A stretch of 63,562 nt of DNA, filler included, from Perkinsus chesapeaki ATCC PRA-425 (taxonomy: Eukaryota; Protista; Perkinsozoa), in the NCBI GenBank assembly GCA_013115145.1. It is 12 parts of 12 records of this genome, joined end to end, with 100 filler letters (N's around TTAATTAATTAA, not from the genome) between each part and the next. Parts side by side here need not be neighbours in the genome. Positions count along the whole stretch, not along the records: positions 43,919 to 50,804 come from JAAPAO010001058.1; positions 50,905 to 51,943 come from JAAPAO010002263.1; positions 52,044 to 55,312 come from JAAPAO010001438.1; positions 55,413 to 56,698 come from JAAPAO010002059.1; positions 56,799 to 59,455 come from JAAPAO010001548.1; positions 59,556 to 61,876 come from JAAPAO010001626.1; 6 more parts are not named here. One strand, given 5' to 3'. Below, piece after piece: positions 47,315 to 60,639 of this stretch. Position 1 is the first letter of the stretch. The number at the start of each line of letters is the position of its first letter. The position numbers and the translations under genes are program-made. The notes beneath the pieces are model-generated. The model searched no databases. It saw nothing but the letters and a program-made list of their open reading frames with translations, and was not told the DNA's origin.

Positions 47315-50300
47315 AACGCAGTGAGGGGATCGATGTCTAGAGCGTAAAAAGAAACAATTAGAGTAGCACGCATGCTCCCTACTCTATCACGGAGCGAGCG
47401 AGGCCCGGAGGGAGCCGCTGCCGAGATGCTCGACTGTCTAGGCCTTGGGACCTTGGAACCTACACAACTAGAACTAGTCCGGCAACGAGGTCATTGGGCG
47501 AAAGGAGTTCGCAGACTGTGTAAGGCATTATGGAATACATTTTTAGATCTGTTGATCAAACGTGTGAGATGATCTCGCTCGAATTTTCATTTGTCGGAGC
47601 TCCAGAGCCGAGAGGGAGCGAGTTGGGGAGCCTCAAAACAGAGGACGCCGATATAGTGATTTTGGCGTTACAGAAGCCACCTAACTTGACGAGTGAAAGA
47701 CTTGATTTAAATTATGCCTTCCAACTCTTTTCAGTCTCAATTGCAGTTTACGGAGTATCATCGGGTGTGGCGCTCCGCCCGATAGGGCCCGACTGCTGTC
47801 CACTCTTTCTGCTGTGGTTGTTGAGGTCCTCAAGAACGTGGGACTGACCTGAGGAAACTCCGCCAGCTTTTTAGACCTCGCGATAACTTTTGATTTCTTC
47901 TCGTCTGCTAATTGAGGCCCGGATTGTCGAGCCGCGTTGTTGTCAGAAGCGATAAGTGCATGGAACCTTCACTGCACGTCCGTACGCGCCATGAACTAGA
48001 CGGCATGTAAACTGTATGTGTTCACCAGACTATGGGAGAGCAAGCGGCGGCCCAATATGAGTACCCTAGGCCAAGCTTGACCGAGCCAAAGTAGAAACGC
48101 CCTTTCCGCCTCGAGATTCCGTTGATACGATAGTAACAGAGTGACTATGCATGAGCGCAGCGGATGACAGTCGACGTGTTTTTAATACCCACGTACTTAT
48201 GGCGAATATTTCATGCCAGCAAATGACTACTATACCGTTTTAGGATATAAATGTCTTTTCAGTAATGTAATGCATGTGGATTCTTGAGAAGTTAACAGTA
48301 CATGTGAAGTAATTCGAAATAAGAACTTCTAATTCAACATCATCATAAATATCAACAACAGGAACATTCATTCATGGAGAGGAACAACAGGCTGTTAACA
48401 TCTTCTTACCTTACATCGTCAAGTTGATTATCTAATGATATGATTATACACAATATGACAATATATAAATTATCTATATCTATTAGTATATAATAATAAT
48501 ATTATAAGTTTATCTATAATTTAACATATCCAAGTCGTCCTCTTGTGTAATCTTCTTAACAATGGCGCCTTCATTGTCAATCATGAATTCTTCTCGCAAA
48601 TCCTCACAGTTCACATGATCGTCAGATTGCTTGAAAGATTATGCAAACTATTCATCATTTCCCAAGAAAACGGTATTAGGTTTCCAATACGCTCAACATT
48701 TATTCGCATTACAACCCTCTCCGGGTAGGATAGAACTGCGCGGCGCAGTGGCCCGAGGTCTGGCACTGCCGTTGTGCCTCTTTCGAGTTTGATTTCATAT
48801 GTTCATGCATTGGAACAGTGATAAGACCACTAATGCAGGAAATTCTATTAAGTCTGAATCAGACAGTCTGATCTTCATTAAGGCGATATCAATTCTGTCA
48901 TCGGGACAATCTGTGCCATGCCACGGTATAACCTCGTCGCACTGTCCTAGAACTGCATCGTGCAATGTTCGTTTATGACGTGTAGCACACTATCCTTTGT
49001 GCAGCACAAAATAGGGACCACAGTTCGAGGAGTGCTAGTGGGTGAGCTGAAAAGGCTCATTGTAGACTTGGCTGGATCTCTGTCTCCCCAGCGCGCTGCG
49101 ATATGCCTGCTAGTATACTCAGTATACTATACTGGGCTTGTACGACACTTCATTGTAGTGCCCCCCGCGGCGGGTTTATCGCGGGTAGTGAACTGTGGGC
49201 CGCCATATCGCGGCATCCATCTAATTCCTCCGTTATTATGTTAATTTATCGTTTCCATGAATACGGTGCGGAAGCGATGCGGAGTTAATAGCTCACGGGC
49301 TGAGAATTGGCTGACCAAACCTCAGCGTGTCTGTACTCCACTTCCCATAGACCATAACTGAACGTTTTAAAATGTCATCTCGCAAGAAAAAGCCCAATAG
49401 TGGTCCAGACGATTATGTTAAGGATCTTGAATATCGGAGCCTTGCGCATTCTGAGATCTCCAAGCGTCGAGGGGAACTCAACAGTGTCGCGAACACGCAT
49501 TGAGGCAACTTCGCATTGAGACGTCGGATGTGATCTTATTGCGACCATGGACAAAGCCTGAGAGGGATGGAGGCGAGGACTCCAACTTGTCCGGGGAATG
49601 TGGGTGTTCCACTATTCGCACCCTCTTCAGTGCGCGTAGAACTTCTACGCGCAAAAACGCTTGGGAACATTTTTACTGGTATGCAGACCGAGGTGAGAGC
49701 TCGCGAAAGATACGAGTGCGTGATATTATCTTATTGGGAGGAGTCATCCTTCATTCAATGACCAACCAGAATGTTGGGTGTTATGTCACGTTCACTGGAT
49801 AGTCCAATCACCCAGGCTGGTGGCCCGGCGGGCAACACTGTCATCACGACAGAGTCGGTAAAAGGAGGACTGATCTCGGTGGGCAGCTAGCAGTAGTGCA
49901 CTCCCTGGCCGGCTGGATCTCCTAGGCCCGGCACTAATCGGTTTCCAACTACCCTGGTCGACAGAGGAAAGCGTACATCCGTTCAGCTTTCATAATTAGT
50001 AGTCTATTTGTCAACTCCTGGATAGTGCATGTGATACGTCAAGTCTCGTGGTGCTTGTGTTGTAACTCAGCAGTAGAGGGTCGGCAGCTCTCGACAGGGC
50101 CGGAACGCTCTTAACGTCAAGGGAAACTTTGTTATTAGAAACTAGGTAGCGGGCTCAAATATCGTGATCGACAGGCACCCATGAAGCTGCTTCCAACGAC
50201 GGTGCTCACGTATTAGCTCGTACGCTTTAAGCATTCCCTAACCACTTTATTAGGAATGTAAAATACTTCACTATCCGAACTCAACAGAGCAAGCAGGTTG

Positions 50301-50399
50301 TCACATACAACGAACATGTACAACAAACATGAACATCTTATTCCTTACCATTTCCAGACCTGATAAGGAAAATGGGGGAAGAGCAATTGGCATTCCTCA

Positions 50400-50583
50400 C
50401 GTCCCAGGTAAGCCCTGGATAGCCCTCTGAAACCAGTTGGGTTTTGCTGCGGCTTCTTGTTTCTCTTTTTCTTCCTTATCTAATCTTTGTCGACGTTCCT
50501 TGCCTGCTTCCTGCAACTGTTTAGCAGTTCCAACAACAGTCAGTGTATTTTGAGCTTTACCCTCGGGAGACTTGCCAGGAATC
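50400..50583 (-). CDS. Internal exon of a hypothetical gene
   Basis: AG|IPGKSPEGKAQNTLTVVGTAKQLQEAGKERRQRLDKEEKEKQEAAAKPNWFQRAIQGLPG|GT. Confidence 0.4.
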
Positions 50584-50904
50584 TAAGCAAGTACATTCGA
50601 ATGAGATAGGTAATAGCTTACTTTAATAGCATCTGTGTTATGCGTTATAACGAAAGCCAATACAACTATACGAAAGTACTTCATCATGTCTTAATCTGTT
50701 GCGTACGGAACTGTCCGTAATCAATAGGGCGATGTAGCGATCGCTTCGCTCCGCTAGGCAGTTTCATATGTTGAAAAGCTTAGGATTACTCTCAGATTAG
50801 AACANNNNNNNNNNNNNNNNNNNNNNNNNNNNNNNNNNNNNNNNNNNNTTAATTAATTAANNNNNNNNNNNNNNNNNNNNNNNNNNNNNNNNNNNNNNNN
50901 NNNN

Positions 50905-51943
50905 TTAAATATTGCGCCAAAATGTCTAACGGAAATAATAGCGTTCTGTTTAAAAGAGGACAATATACAAGATTTAGTAGAGTTTTATGTTGATGATGGA
51001 GCAGTCGAAGAAAAGAATTATCCAATAGTAAAGAGGTGTTTACAAAAAAATGATTTCACACTAAAAGAACCGGAGGAATTGTATCAAGCTCGAGTACTCG
51101 GTATACAAATGAGAAATGACAAACCCGGATATTGGCAAAGAAAAGGAAGCACGCCACAGTTACAAAGAAACAATAAAAAAGAAATCACAAAGAGTCAAAT
51201 TGGATCTTGGGTAGGAAAGTTAGTAGCCCATTATCCAATTGCAAGATGGTTGAGAAGTGCATGTGCAATGCTTACAAGACTAACATCAATAGATACAGAC
51301 GATAAGGATCAATTGGTATCGAACAGAATAGTAAGAATATGTGATAAGTTGGAGGACGATATACGAACAAAAGGCGATCCTGTGAAAGGAAAATGGAAAC
51401 TCAATGTAGATGATGAATGGACATTATACGTTGATGCGAGTAGATTGGCCTATGGAGCTTGTTTATATATAGGCGAAGTGAGAGCAGAAGATGCTTCGTG
51501 GATAAGAGCAAAAAATGACCATAGACATATTAATATTGCAGAACTGGATAGTGTATTGAAAGGACTTACAATTGTAATGCAATATAGGAAGGTAAATAAA
51601 ATAAAAGGTAAACAACATATAAATATAAAAACAGACAATAAAAGTGTCGCTGCGTGGTTGAATAGGAAGAAATCAAGTCATTGGATACCAGTAAAGGGCA
51701 TATGTAGAAGTGCAGTAGAGTCCCGTCTCCAGTATTATGATGATACTATTAGTTATAATGAGCTTGATGTTGATGTACGATGGATAGCGTCGGCAGAGAA
51801 TTTAGCTGATGAGTTATCAAGGGTACCACAGTATATGATAGGCAGGGAAGATACACAGGTGATAGATGCATCTAATCAGCAGTTTGGCATTAGTATGCAG
51901 GATGAAAGTAATCAAGTATTAGTAACTGCGGCACATAGAAATT
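50905..51943 (+). mobile_element. LTR-type retrotransposon pol fragment (RT C-half + RNase H), open frame
   Basis: LNIAPK..FYVDD RT core. RNase H motifs LYVDAS, HINIAELDSV, KTDNKSV and AENLADELSR. Ends at TAAHR. Confidence 0.9.
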
Positions 51944-52043
51944 NNNNNNNNNNNNNNNNNNNNNNNNNNNNNNNNNNNNNNNNNNNNTTAATTAATTAAN
52001 NNNNNNNNNNNNNNNNNNNNNNNNNNNNNNNNNNNNNNNNNNN

Positions 52044-52113
<70 letters not shown>
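52044..52113. repeat. (TAA)n microsatellite, about 23 units, at contig start
   Basis: Uninterrupted TAA/AAT run, apparently within a GT2 intron. Confidence 0.95.
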
Positions 52114-52146
52114 CGTAACCACAGCTGTTATCCGTATTGTTGTTAG

Positions 52147-52995
52147 GCAGTACATTTTCCTATTACTGCAACTACACCTGATGGTAAAAGAAATGAACTA
52201 GTAGAATGTCAAGATATCGAATATAAATTAGCTGGTTTACATAAGCTATTCCAATCGACATTAAGTAGTTCATTAAGTTGTCATGGTGCGGTAGCATTAT
52301 GGGATAGGGAAACATTAGATGAGATATTCTATCAACATGATACTGTATTTAATGGTGAAGATTTATATATGGGTTTATCATTATTACGACGAAGAGATAG
52401 CTCTCGTATATATTCATGTGCTGCTGATGTTGTACCAACATATGCACCAGATAATTGGGGTATGTTATTTAGACAACGTGTTAAATCATGGGATGTAACA
52501 TCACATAAAAAGACATTTACTTATATATGGGAAATTATTAATCCTAAAAGTTGGTGTCATGGTCCTAGTTGGGTGCTTAAACCATACTTTATACAGGAAT
52601 TATTAACTATTCTATTAGATTGGTTAAGAGTATTCCTATTAGCTGGTTTATTAATAAGAGATTGGGTATCATTAATATTAATGTCTGCTGTATTTACATT
52701 AATATTATATATTATGGTATTATTATTTGAATATATAGTATTACGTGATAGACATGATCTACGTTCATCACCATTGACTATATTCCTATTCCCATGGTAT
52801 AGATTATCAGCATTATTCTTTAGATTAGGAGCCCTATGTCAGAATATATTATCATATTCAAAAGATAGAAAAGGCATTAAAATAAGGGTACGTGAAGATG
52901 AGATAAGAGATATACCACCAGTACCACCATGTCCTGATGTTGATTGGTTTACAGTATGGACTGGTGATGATGATGATACTATTAAAAATATGTAG
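52147..52995 (+). CDS. Processive family-2 glycosyltransferase, C-terminal exon
   Basis: QDIEYKLAG, CHGAVALW, GEDLYMG (catalytic ED), RQRVKSW (QxxRW-position motif), then TM helices. Confidence 0.75.
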   Translation, partial: AVHFPITATTPDGKRNELVECQDIEYKLAGLHKLFQSTLSSSLSCHGAVALWDRETLDEIFYQHDTVFNGEDLYMGLSLLRRRDSSRIYSCAADVVPTYAPDNWGMLFRQRVKSWDVTSHKKTFTYIWEIINPKSWCHGPSWVLKPYFIQELLTILLDWLRVFLLAGLLIRDWVSLILMSAVFTLILYIMVLLFEYIVLRDRHDLRSSPLTIFLFPWYRLSALFFRLGALCQNILSYSKDRKGIKIRVREDEIRDIPPVPPCPDVDWFTVWTGDDDDTIKNM

Positions 52996-53456
52996 TAGTA
53001 ACTCATTATTAGTTATTCTTGTCTAGTTATTGTTGATAATGTTGTACATAACGTCATTGTCGTTGACACTGTTGTTGTTCTTGTTCTTGCTGTTGTTTTC
53101 TCAAACCATATTTGGGGTATTATATGTCAACATTATCATCCGATATATCCATCACCACCATCACCACCACCATCCATCCATCATCATCATCGCACTAGCC
53201 ATAATATATGGCATAACTGTTGTTGTTGTTTCTATAGTTACTGTTATTTGTTGTTGTATGTATTATTATTACTAGGTATTATTAGGGTATAATAGAATGA
53301 TATATACCTATTATTGTTGTTGTTTCTATTATATATTATTATTGTTATTATTGTTATTATTATCATTATTATTATTATTAGTTGTATATTTCTTATTATT
53401 ATTCTTCTTCTTCCTTTTACTACTAACTCCTATTCCCAACAGCAGCCACCCTTGTA

Positions 53457-55312
53457 ATGTCAAGAAGGAATAATAACCAACAACAACAAGGAGGAGGAGT
53501 AGTATCGAGTAGTAGTCCTATTGATGATTCTATAGAGGCACCAGAACCCCATTATGTGGTACCTAAGGTTAAGGCACCACCAATATTACCTATATTTGGT
53601 AGAGTATTATTCTTAACTGTTACCTTAATAATATGTTTAATAATAGCTGCTATATGGTACTGTTACGGCTACAGTTGGGTATATGATAGTACTACTAATA
53701 TATGGCCTATTTATGAGTGTCCATCATTACAGAGTTCCTTTCACTTTAAAAGTAAAGATTTATGGGGTCCAACATGTTCAATGTCTATTAAATATGATTT
53801 CCTATTGGCTGATCGTATGAAAAGGAATGGTATTACAGTACCGTATGGTACACCACCTGAACAAGCATTAGAACGATGTATATTACCACATGATGATGAA
53901 GGTTATATTACATGTTTCTCGGTTAATTCATGTGATTATATGTGTCGTGAAGCTGATAATAATGGTAGATGTCCTGCTGGTAAAACATTAAGTAAAGATA
54001 AAACTGATATGGATAATAATGTACAATGCAATATATGGTTAGCATCCCAAACATTCACTGATCAACTAGCCTGTTATAAAATAGAAGCAGCAGCTTATTG
54101 TGGTAGAAAGTTTGAAGTAACACCATCTAATATATTAGCTATTAGAGGTCTTATTGTTGCTACTGCTGTTATGATAATATTCTGGATTATAGCTGAATTT
54201 AGCTTACGTAATACTGACAAGGGTTTACGTCAGGAACAAGCTGAAGGTATGGCTAGAATGGGGGTTGAATTACCAGCTAAGAGAAGATTCTTAAGACAAC
54301 AAATACTTGACAGATGGTCTGCTGAAGCACGTTTTAATTATGAACATGGATCACAAGCTGGTTCTGTATGGGCTGCTGGTACAACTCCTGCTAACTCAAT
54401 AATAATACCACCAGGAAGTGTTATTTCATCATCACAATATAGTGCCAGCGGCGGTACACCTCAAGTTGGTGGTGCTGGTGTTAGTGGTGTTGATTACGAT
54501 GATATGATTCCTGGTGTTAAAAGTCAGTTACAATCACGTAACCCTAAGAAGAGATTTGAATCTAATGCATGGAAGAGGAGATTAGATCAATATAGGAATC
54601 TAAATCAAGATAAGAAGAAGGCATTTGTGAATAAAGAAAGGCTTAGAACAGCTTTATTAAATATATTCTTCTTTATATTGGTTGTATGTACCGAATGGTG
54701 TATTATTAGATTCTCACCACAGCATATGAATCCTGATGATAGCTTATATGATGCATTTGTTGGTGTTGTATCTATTTGGGATGCAACATCAGCATTAGAT
54801 TGGATTATATTCTTGGATGTACTGTTGGATATATTCCTATTTGGTTGTGCTATGTTTGTGGTTAAATGGCCTAAAAAACCAGTATTTGCCGAACATATGC
54901 AAGAAGAGCTAAAAGCAAGTATACCAAAAGCTATTGAAGATGATGATGAGGATGATGAGAAGAAGCCGTTTGATGTTGATGAGGATGATGACGATACTAC
55001 ACCAAGGTCTATGTTAACAGCACCTAGTGATGAATCTGAAACGGTTGATTTCGTATTAAGTCAAGGTATGACCAGAGATGTATGCCTTATGATAGCTTGT
55101 CATCAATCTACAATGACAGAAGAAAGATATGAGACATTTACTGGTACATTGAGAGCAGCATTGATGGTATTCCCACCAAGTCATATATTTGTATGTGATA
55201 ATGGTGTATCGTTAACACCTGTTGATGATAATCAATGGGCAACACAACAGGTACATCCAGATATTAATTATCTATATGTACCTGAGGGTAATAAAACATT
55301 TGCATTTTATTG
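53457..55312 (+). CDS. Second GT2 copy, N-terminal part, 3'-truncated
   Basis: TM, Cys-rich loop, TMs and an acidic linker lead to a GT-A fold start VCLMIACH..IFVCDNG..YLYVPEGNK. Confidence 0.7.
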
Positions 55313-56102
55313 NNNNNNNNNNNNNNNNNNNNNNNNNNNNNNNNNNNNNNNNNNNNTTAATTAATTAANNNNNNNNNNNNNNNNNNNNNNNNNNNNNNNN
55401 NNNNNNNNNNNNGGATCTCTTGTCACAAGTTACATTGTTTTGAGCGAACCATACAGTGACAATTGCAATATAGGCCTTAAACTCTAGTTTGGAAGCTGTA
55501 CAGAGTATGTATAGTCTAACTCGGCTTTCTCCGGCTTTGGGCGATAAACTGACACACACAACAACTCTTACCACAGTACTGACTGTAGGGTTGCTATGAC
55601 GTTATAGTATATTACTGTACTGAACACCATACGGATGAAGAAATGAAACCTATTTCTTGCACTGCAGAAACAACCCTAATTGATCAAATCATAACCACGT
55701 TACTGGCATGACCGGCCCAAGGCCACCATCAAACAAAGATCCGTAGGCTAGCTGCTCCCGACGGAGCGGAAAGAAGGGAGCCCGTGACAAATTCAAAGGA
55801 AACATAGATGTCACTTTGCCCAACTTCTTGGAGGATCTTTCAGACCGCGCGCCACAAAAATGCCGCGTGCGCCCAAAAACCGCCTTTGCGCGGATTTTCA
55901 CACGGTAGGAAGACAAAACTACAGAGAGTACTATATCGACCATATGTGTTAGCGATGAAACCTGAGGGTCACTGAGGAACATGAGGAGGATAAGCGGGCC
56001 GAAGGCCCGCTGAAAATCTTTACTATATCTCCCATTTCAAGAAGTGCCTACGTTCGGACTGCTTTTAGCCTACGCTAGGACAAGCGGGCCACGACAGGTG
56101 TT

Positions 56103-56678
56103 ATGCGCCTTTCCAGGTCTGATGCCGAGCAGCTACTGCCCGACAACGTTGGGGCTCGCCTAACCTTGTTGTCGGTGGTCGACGCTCTACGTGCTGGGAC
56201 TTCCTCGAGTACGACAACCCTACCCTCCATGCCCGGAGCACCTCCTGCCTCAGCTCCTGCGGCAAGTACTCTGGCCGCCGCCTACGCGTCCCGACAACTT
56301 TAGGGGCTGGATGGACGACTAGTCCCCTCTGCATCCATTTTGGGCGATCTCTTTCGCTCAACTCCTCATACCCCGGTTCTGGTCAGTGTCCTTGAAGCTC
56401 CTTTGACGCTTTTCATGCCAGACTCCACGTCGGGCTCAGCTGCCGGGATTACCCCGCAGCCGATCTTGTCTGGTTCCACGGTGGTCGGTCGGGATACGCG
56501 CCCCTCTTCTCGTGCATCGTTCAGACCGGGGGTGTTCTTCGCCGCTTTGCTGAGTTGGGGCGTGGGTGCTCTCCTGCGCAGCAACATTCCTCTGGCCGCC
56601 ATTATCGGGCACTGGAGCTGGTGGGCAGAGCTCTGCAAATGTCGGGTTCGGGACCCGACCACAGAACCCGAACACTAG
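56103..56678 (+). pseudogene. Disrupted ORF, possibly a retroelement gag-like remnant with a SAM-like start
   Basis: Two ORFs in the same frame separated by a single TAG at 56301. RLSRSDAEQLLPDNVGARLTLL resembles a SAM helix pair. Confidence 0.25.
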
Positions 56679-56798
56679 GAGTTGAAACCCGAGCCCGCNN
56701 NNNNNNNNNNNNNNNNNNNNNNNNNNNNNNNNNNNNNNNNNNTTAATTAATTAANNNNNNNNNNNNNNNNNNNNNNNNNNNNNNNNNNNNNNNNNNNN

Positions 56799-58260
56799 TG
56801 CGACTAGCCCCTGAACTATATTAGCTAAAAAAGGTTATTAGAGAAGATTGATTCGGTCATGAGTAGCTCAAGGGTTCCTAAGCGGGTACAGTAACTCATA
56901 TGAGCCTTGGAGAGCCTATATTCGGCTGAGGGAGTGTGATGCTATTCGTTCTTTCACTGTAATGATCACTCATCACATATAGTGACAGTAATCATACTCA
57001 TACCGTTCCTTTGTCATCTACGTTAGTTATTGATGATATAGTATTGAATAATTTGTGCGGGAGAGACAGCCTTGCGCATGCGTGCTAAATTGTTGTGCGA
57101 ACTATGCTTCACTGTCTCCATTGAACTGTGCTATACTTGAAAGTGTTGAATCACATTAAAAGGTAAAGCTTTTATTACAGCAGCTCTTCCCTCGTGATCG
57201 TGTGCAAGGGCCAACAGCTAACAAGGGCCTGCTCCCGTGACACTGCCAGTTTATCGTCGTGTATCTCGTACTCTCAAAAAAACGCATCGGGCGGTGTCTT
57301 GGGTATATTTTGCGAATCACAAACCTGCAAGTGCCTTAAGAACAAGTTGCGCAACCCTTCAGGAAGCCTGGATGGCTCGTCTGCCTCATGTTCAGCTAAA
57401 AAGCACATTCCGAATGAATCACACACATCATCTACTACTTGGAGCCGGCCCTCAATCGCGCCTTTGCTCATTCCGTTAATTTTACGCCATTGCCTGCCTT
57501 CTTCACGTGTCAACCAAATTATCCGTGCACAAATGAACAACCTGTTGTTTCAGCTCGTACGCTTCCATGTAATCGGTTATAATATTGTGGCGCGTACAAC
57601 GGCTTTTGTTTCGGTTATATTTATGTGCATCTTGCAGCCTCTCTGTCGTAGCCAGACCCGGTCTTCGACTTTGACCTCGCTCATATAAAATACGGTCGCT
57701 AAACCTATAGGCGACGCGTCGGTAAACAACTTCCACTCAGCGTTTATGTCAAACAGCCATGTACAGCCACGGGTCGCCATGGTGTGCGATGCGGTGACAC
57801 ACTGCAGTCAAAAAGTGTTGCAAAGACTGCGGTAATGGGAATTGTAAACAAAACTGTTGGCTGTTTGAAATGCTGAGGCGACACGGGTGAGCATAGCGTT
57901 ACACAGTCTTAGCCATCCAGCAGTGGGATTATACGTGGACAACTTGCCCGCAAGAGATGCGAGATCAGTTCTTGTAGAAGTAATGGCCAGTAAATCGAGT
58001 GAAGTTCAAGATCCCTCGCTGATAATGTTTATTCCGATAACTTTGGACCCGAGCAGTGGTTGAGGTTCTTTGACCACAAACCCATCTTCGGCCAAGGTGC
58101 ATGGGACTAATTCAGCATCGTGTTTGTGATCAGCCATATCACCTACGTACTTTCGAACAGGACTAGAGAGCTGGCTGGGAATGCTGTAATCAGTACTAAA
58201 CTCCAAAGCTTTCCCTGAAGCCGCGAAACCAAAACCCAGCTCGATTCATAGCGTATGTGA
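56799..58260 (-). mobile_element. Degenerate LTR retrotransposon pol (RT-RNase H-integrase N-terminus)
   Basis: YAMNR/LGFG (frameshifted), YVGD at the YxDD position, GWLRLCNAMLTR, LFTDAS, HINITE and a residual HHCC-like segment (KHSSH..TICDE). Multiple stop codons. Confidence 0.8.
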
Positions 58261-60639
58261 TGTTTCCTGTCGCGAGATGCGAACAAACTGCGCATTACCA
58301 GTACTTGAGGTCCTCTGCAATATGAATCTGCATATACGCAAGCTCAATGTCGATCGCGCAATACTCGCGTGGATATAGTGATCTCCGTTCGCGCAGCTCC
58401 GATGGGCACGTTACTGGACATCCGCGGTCATTGGGACAAGACTCGATAAGTTAGTTAAGAATCTTGTAATCTATAACAACTCGCATGGGGGTACTGCGAC
58501 TCAAGAACACAACATGAAGCATAGTCGTGACGGTTGCCTTGACCTCGCGTGATGCAACCGGCTCGAAATAACAATTGTCAGTCGTAGTTTGTATGGAGTC
58601 GTGCAACAGCTTCGTTTCGTGCTGGCTTAGCTCCTCTAACGTCTGTTTGTAATGCGAAACGTGGCCAATAGGTGCCTGTGGAGCTACACCGCACGGTGGC
58701 GCCGAAAATTAATATGCCCTATGCAGTTCTACATGGCCATTTGACCGAGCAGATTGAACCTCATCTGTGATCGCCTGATTACTGTGTTCAGTACCGAGTG
58801 TATTCGCTCAGACAATAGTTAATAGCCGTAAGCCCTGACTGCTTTGTAGCGTGTATAGCTCGACTGCTTGGAACACCAATAGATGAAAAACCAGACTTGG
58901 ATTGAATCCAGCAGAAATGTACGCACTTATGCAAGTCATCAACGCAACGTGTATACGATATAATACTCGGGATGTTAACGATTGGTACACGTGGCACTCT
59001 ACCGAATCCGCAGCCATCAGTGTCTGCATGAGCAAACTTGTAGCTGCCAAGACCTTGCACGCATCTTCCCCCCCCCCACTTGAAACCTCCAAGAGCGGGC
59101 GCAATAGTATCCAAGTTGTCAAGCATCCTTTTGCAGTCTTTCCCGGTGTAGGCTACACCGTTGAGTGCTACACCGTGTAGCACAAAACGTTGGTCTTTTC
59201 GAGAATGCTTCCTGCAATAGGCATGGTTGGAGATATATGGAGTTTATGGGCCAGAGGATTTCCCAGTTGTTTTCTGCCTACACCAACGTCTGGTGTATGC
59301 AGAGATTGGTCTGGTGACCAGACCTTAGCAAGACGTTGCGTATCACTTCCATTAAGATGTGGAGCCAAGTAGTAGGGAATCGCGAGACACTAAAGGCGGA
59401 TGCTTCTGACCATTTACGTAGGCAGGCTCTCTCTTGCGCAGAGCGCACTTTCATTNNNNNNNNNNNNNNNNNNNNNNNNNNNNNNNNNNNNNNNNNNNNT
59501 TAATTAATTAANNNNNNNNNNNNNNNNNNNNNNNNNNNNNNNNNNNNNNNNNNNNCAACACATCGTATTTGTTATGAATCTTCAGTCAGAAGATGCCCCT
59601 ATGGAGGGTGCTTCAATGTAGTGCAAATTCAATGTCTTTGTTTCGTGCATTGTGTCTGAAATTATTTGGGGGTGTGCGTGCGGTACTTCCTTAATCTCAG
59701 GAGATTTCACAGCCGCTAGATTCGCAAGCTCAATCCGCTTATCAGAAAAACGTTACAATTCCAACGAAACCGCCGCGATGGATGAATAGTTTCGAGCAAA
59801 AAAGCGAAACATTAAAACTGAAAATTGAAACCACAAAATGTTCTTACACTCAAAACTTTCGTGCCTTAAAAGTTCCGGGCACCAAAAAGGTTAGGTTAAG
59901 AACGTGAGGGTTAAAATACTCGTTGCCGAACCGTGACAAGTTGATGGCCAAAGGGATTTGTAACGTATCATAGACGAACAGTTTGTTTCAGTTCGTTACG
60001 ACTGTTAATATTAGCAGTTTACCTTTCTCACCTCACTCACGTGAGAAGAAGAAAACTAGTGGCCTTCCAACAGTTCTGATGGTGCTCTCCATCTTAGAAA
60101 TGACCATGCCTTGTGAAGGCAGCAGGCTTCATCGGCTATACAGGGGATCAAGGTCACTGCACTGTGGGCTGGTGGCGTAGATCATCCTGCGAGTAGTACC
60201 ACTCACTGTTGAGGTCGCGGATATGATTTACCTCTCAAACTGTAAATACCGTGCCAATTCGATCAGCGGAGTACCGTATATCAGTATAGCACCGTTACGG
60301 TATCTGCTACCACATAGCCCTTAGTGCCACCTCGTTGCAACCCCTCTATTAAGCTGCCAGCAACACACACCCCTGTGGCAGAGCAGGTTGACAAGAGTGT
60401 AGATGACATCAAAGAAGTGGATGTACGCATTTCATGCATTGCGGGAAGAGTGCACAAAAATAACATTCAGGGGAACGATCGTCGCCATGCCAGCAGGTCT
60501 GGTAACTTCACCAACCCAAGATAGAGCAGCCCCACCACACACAAGAGAAGACTGTCGGTGGAAATAGATGTATGAAGATATATAGGGGTCATACATGCAC
60601 ACGGTAATCACTCATAAAAATAATCTATCCACCGGATTT

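Noticed and set aside
47372-49802. Scattered short ORFs and possible exons
   Set aside because: Fragments could not be assembled into a coherent gene or assigned to a family by eye.
53030-53275. His-run hydrophobic ORF
   Set aside because: Produced by ATC/GTT/TTA microsatellites in the GT2 intergenic spacer.
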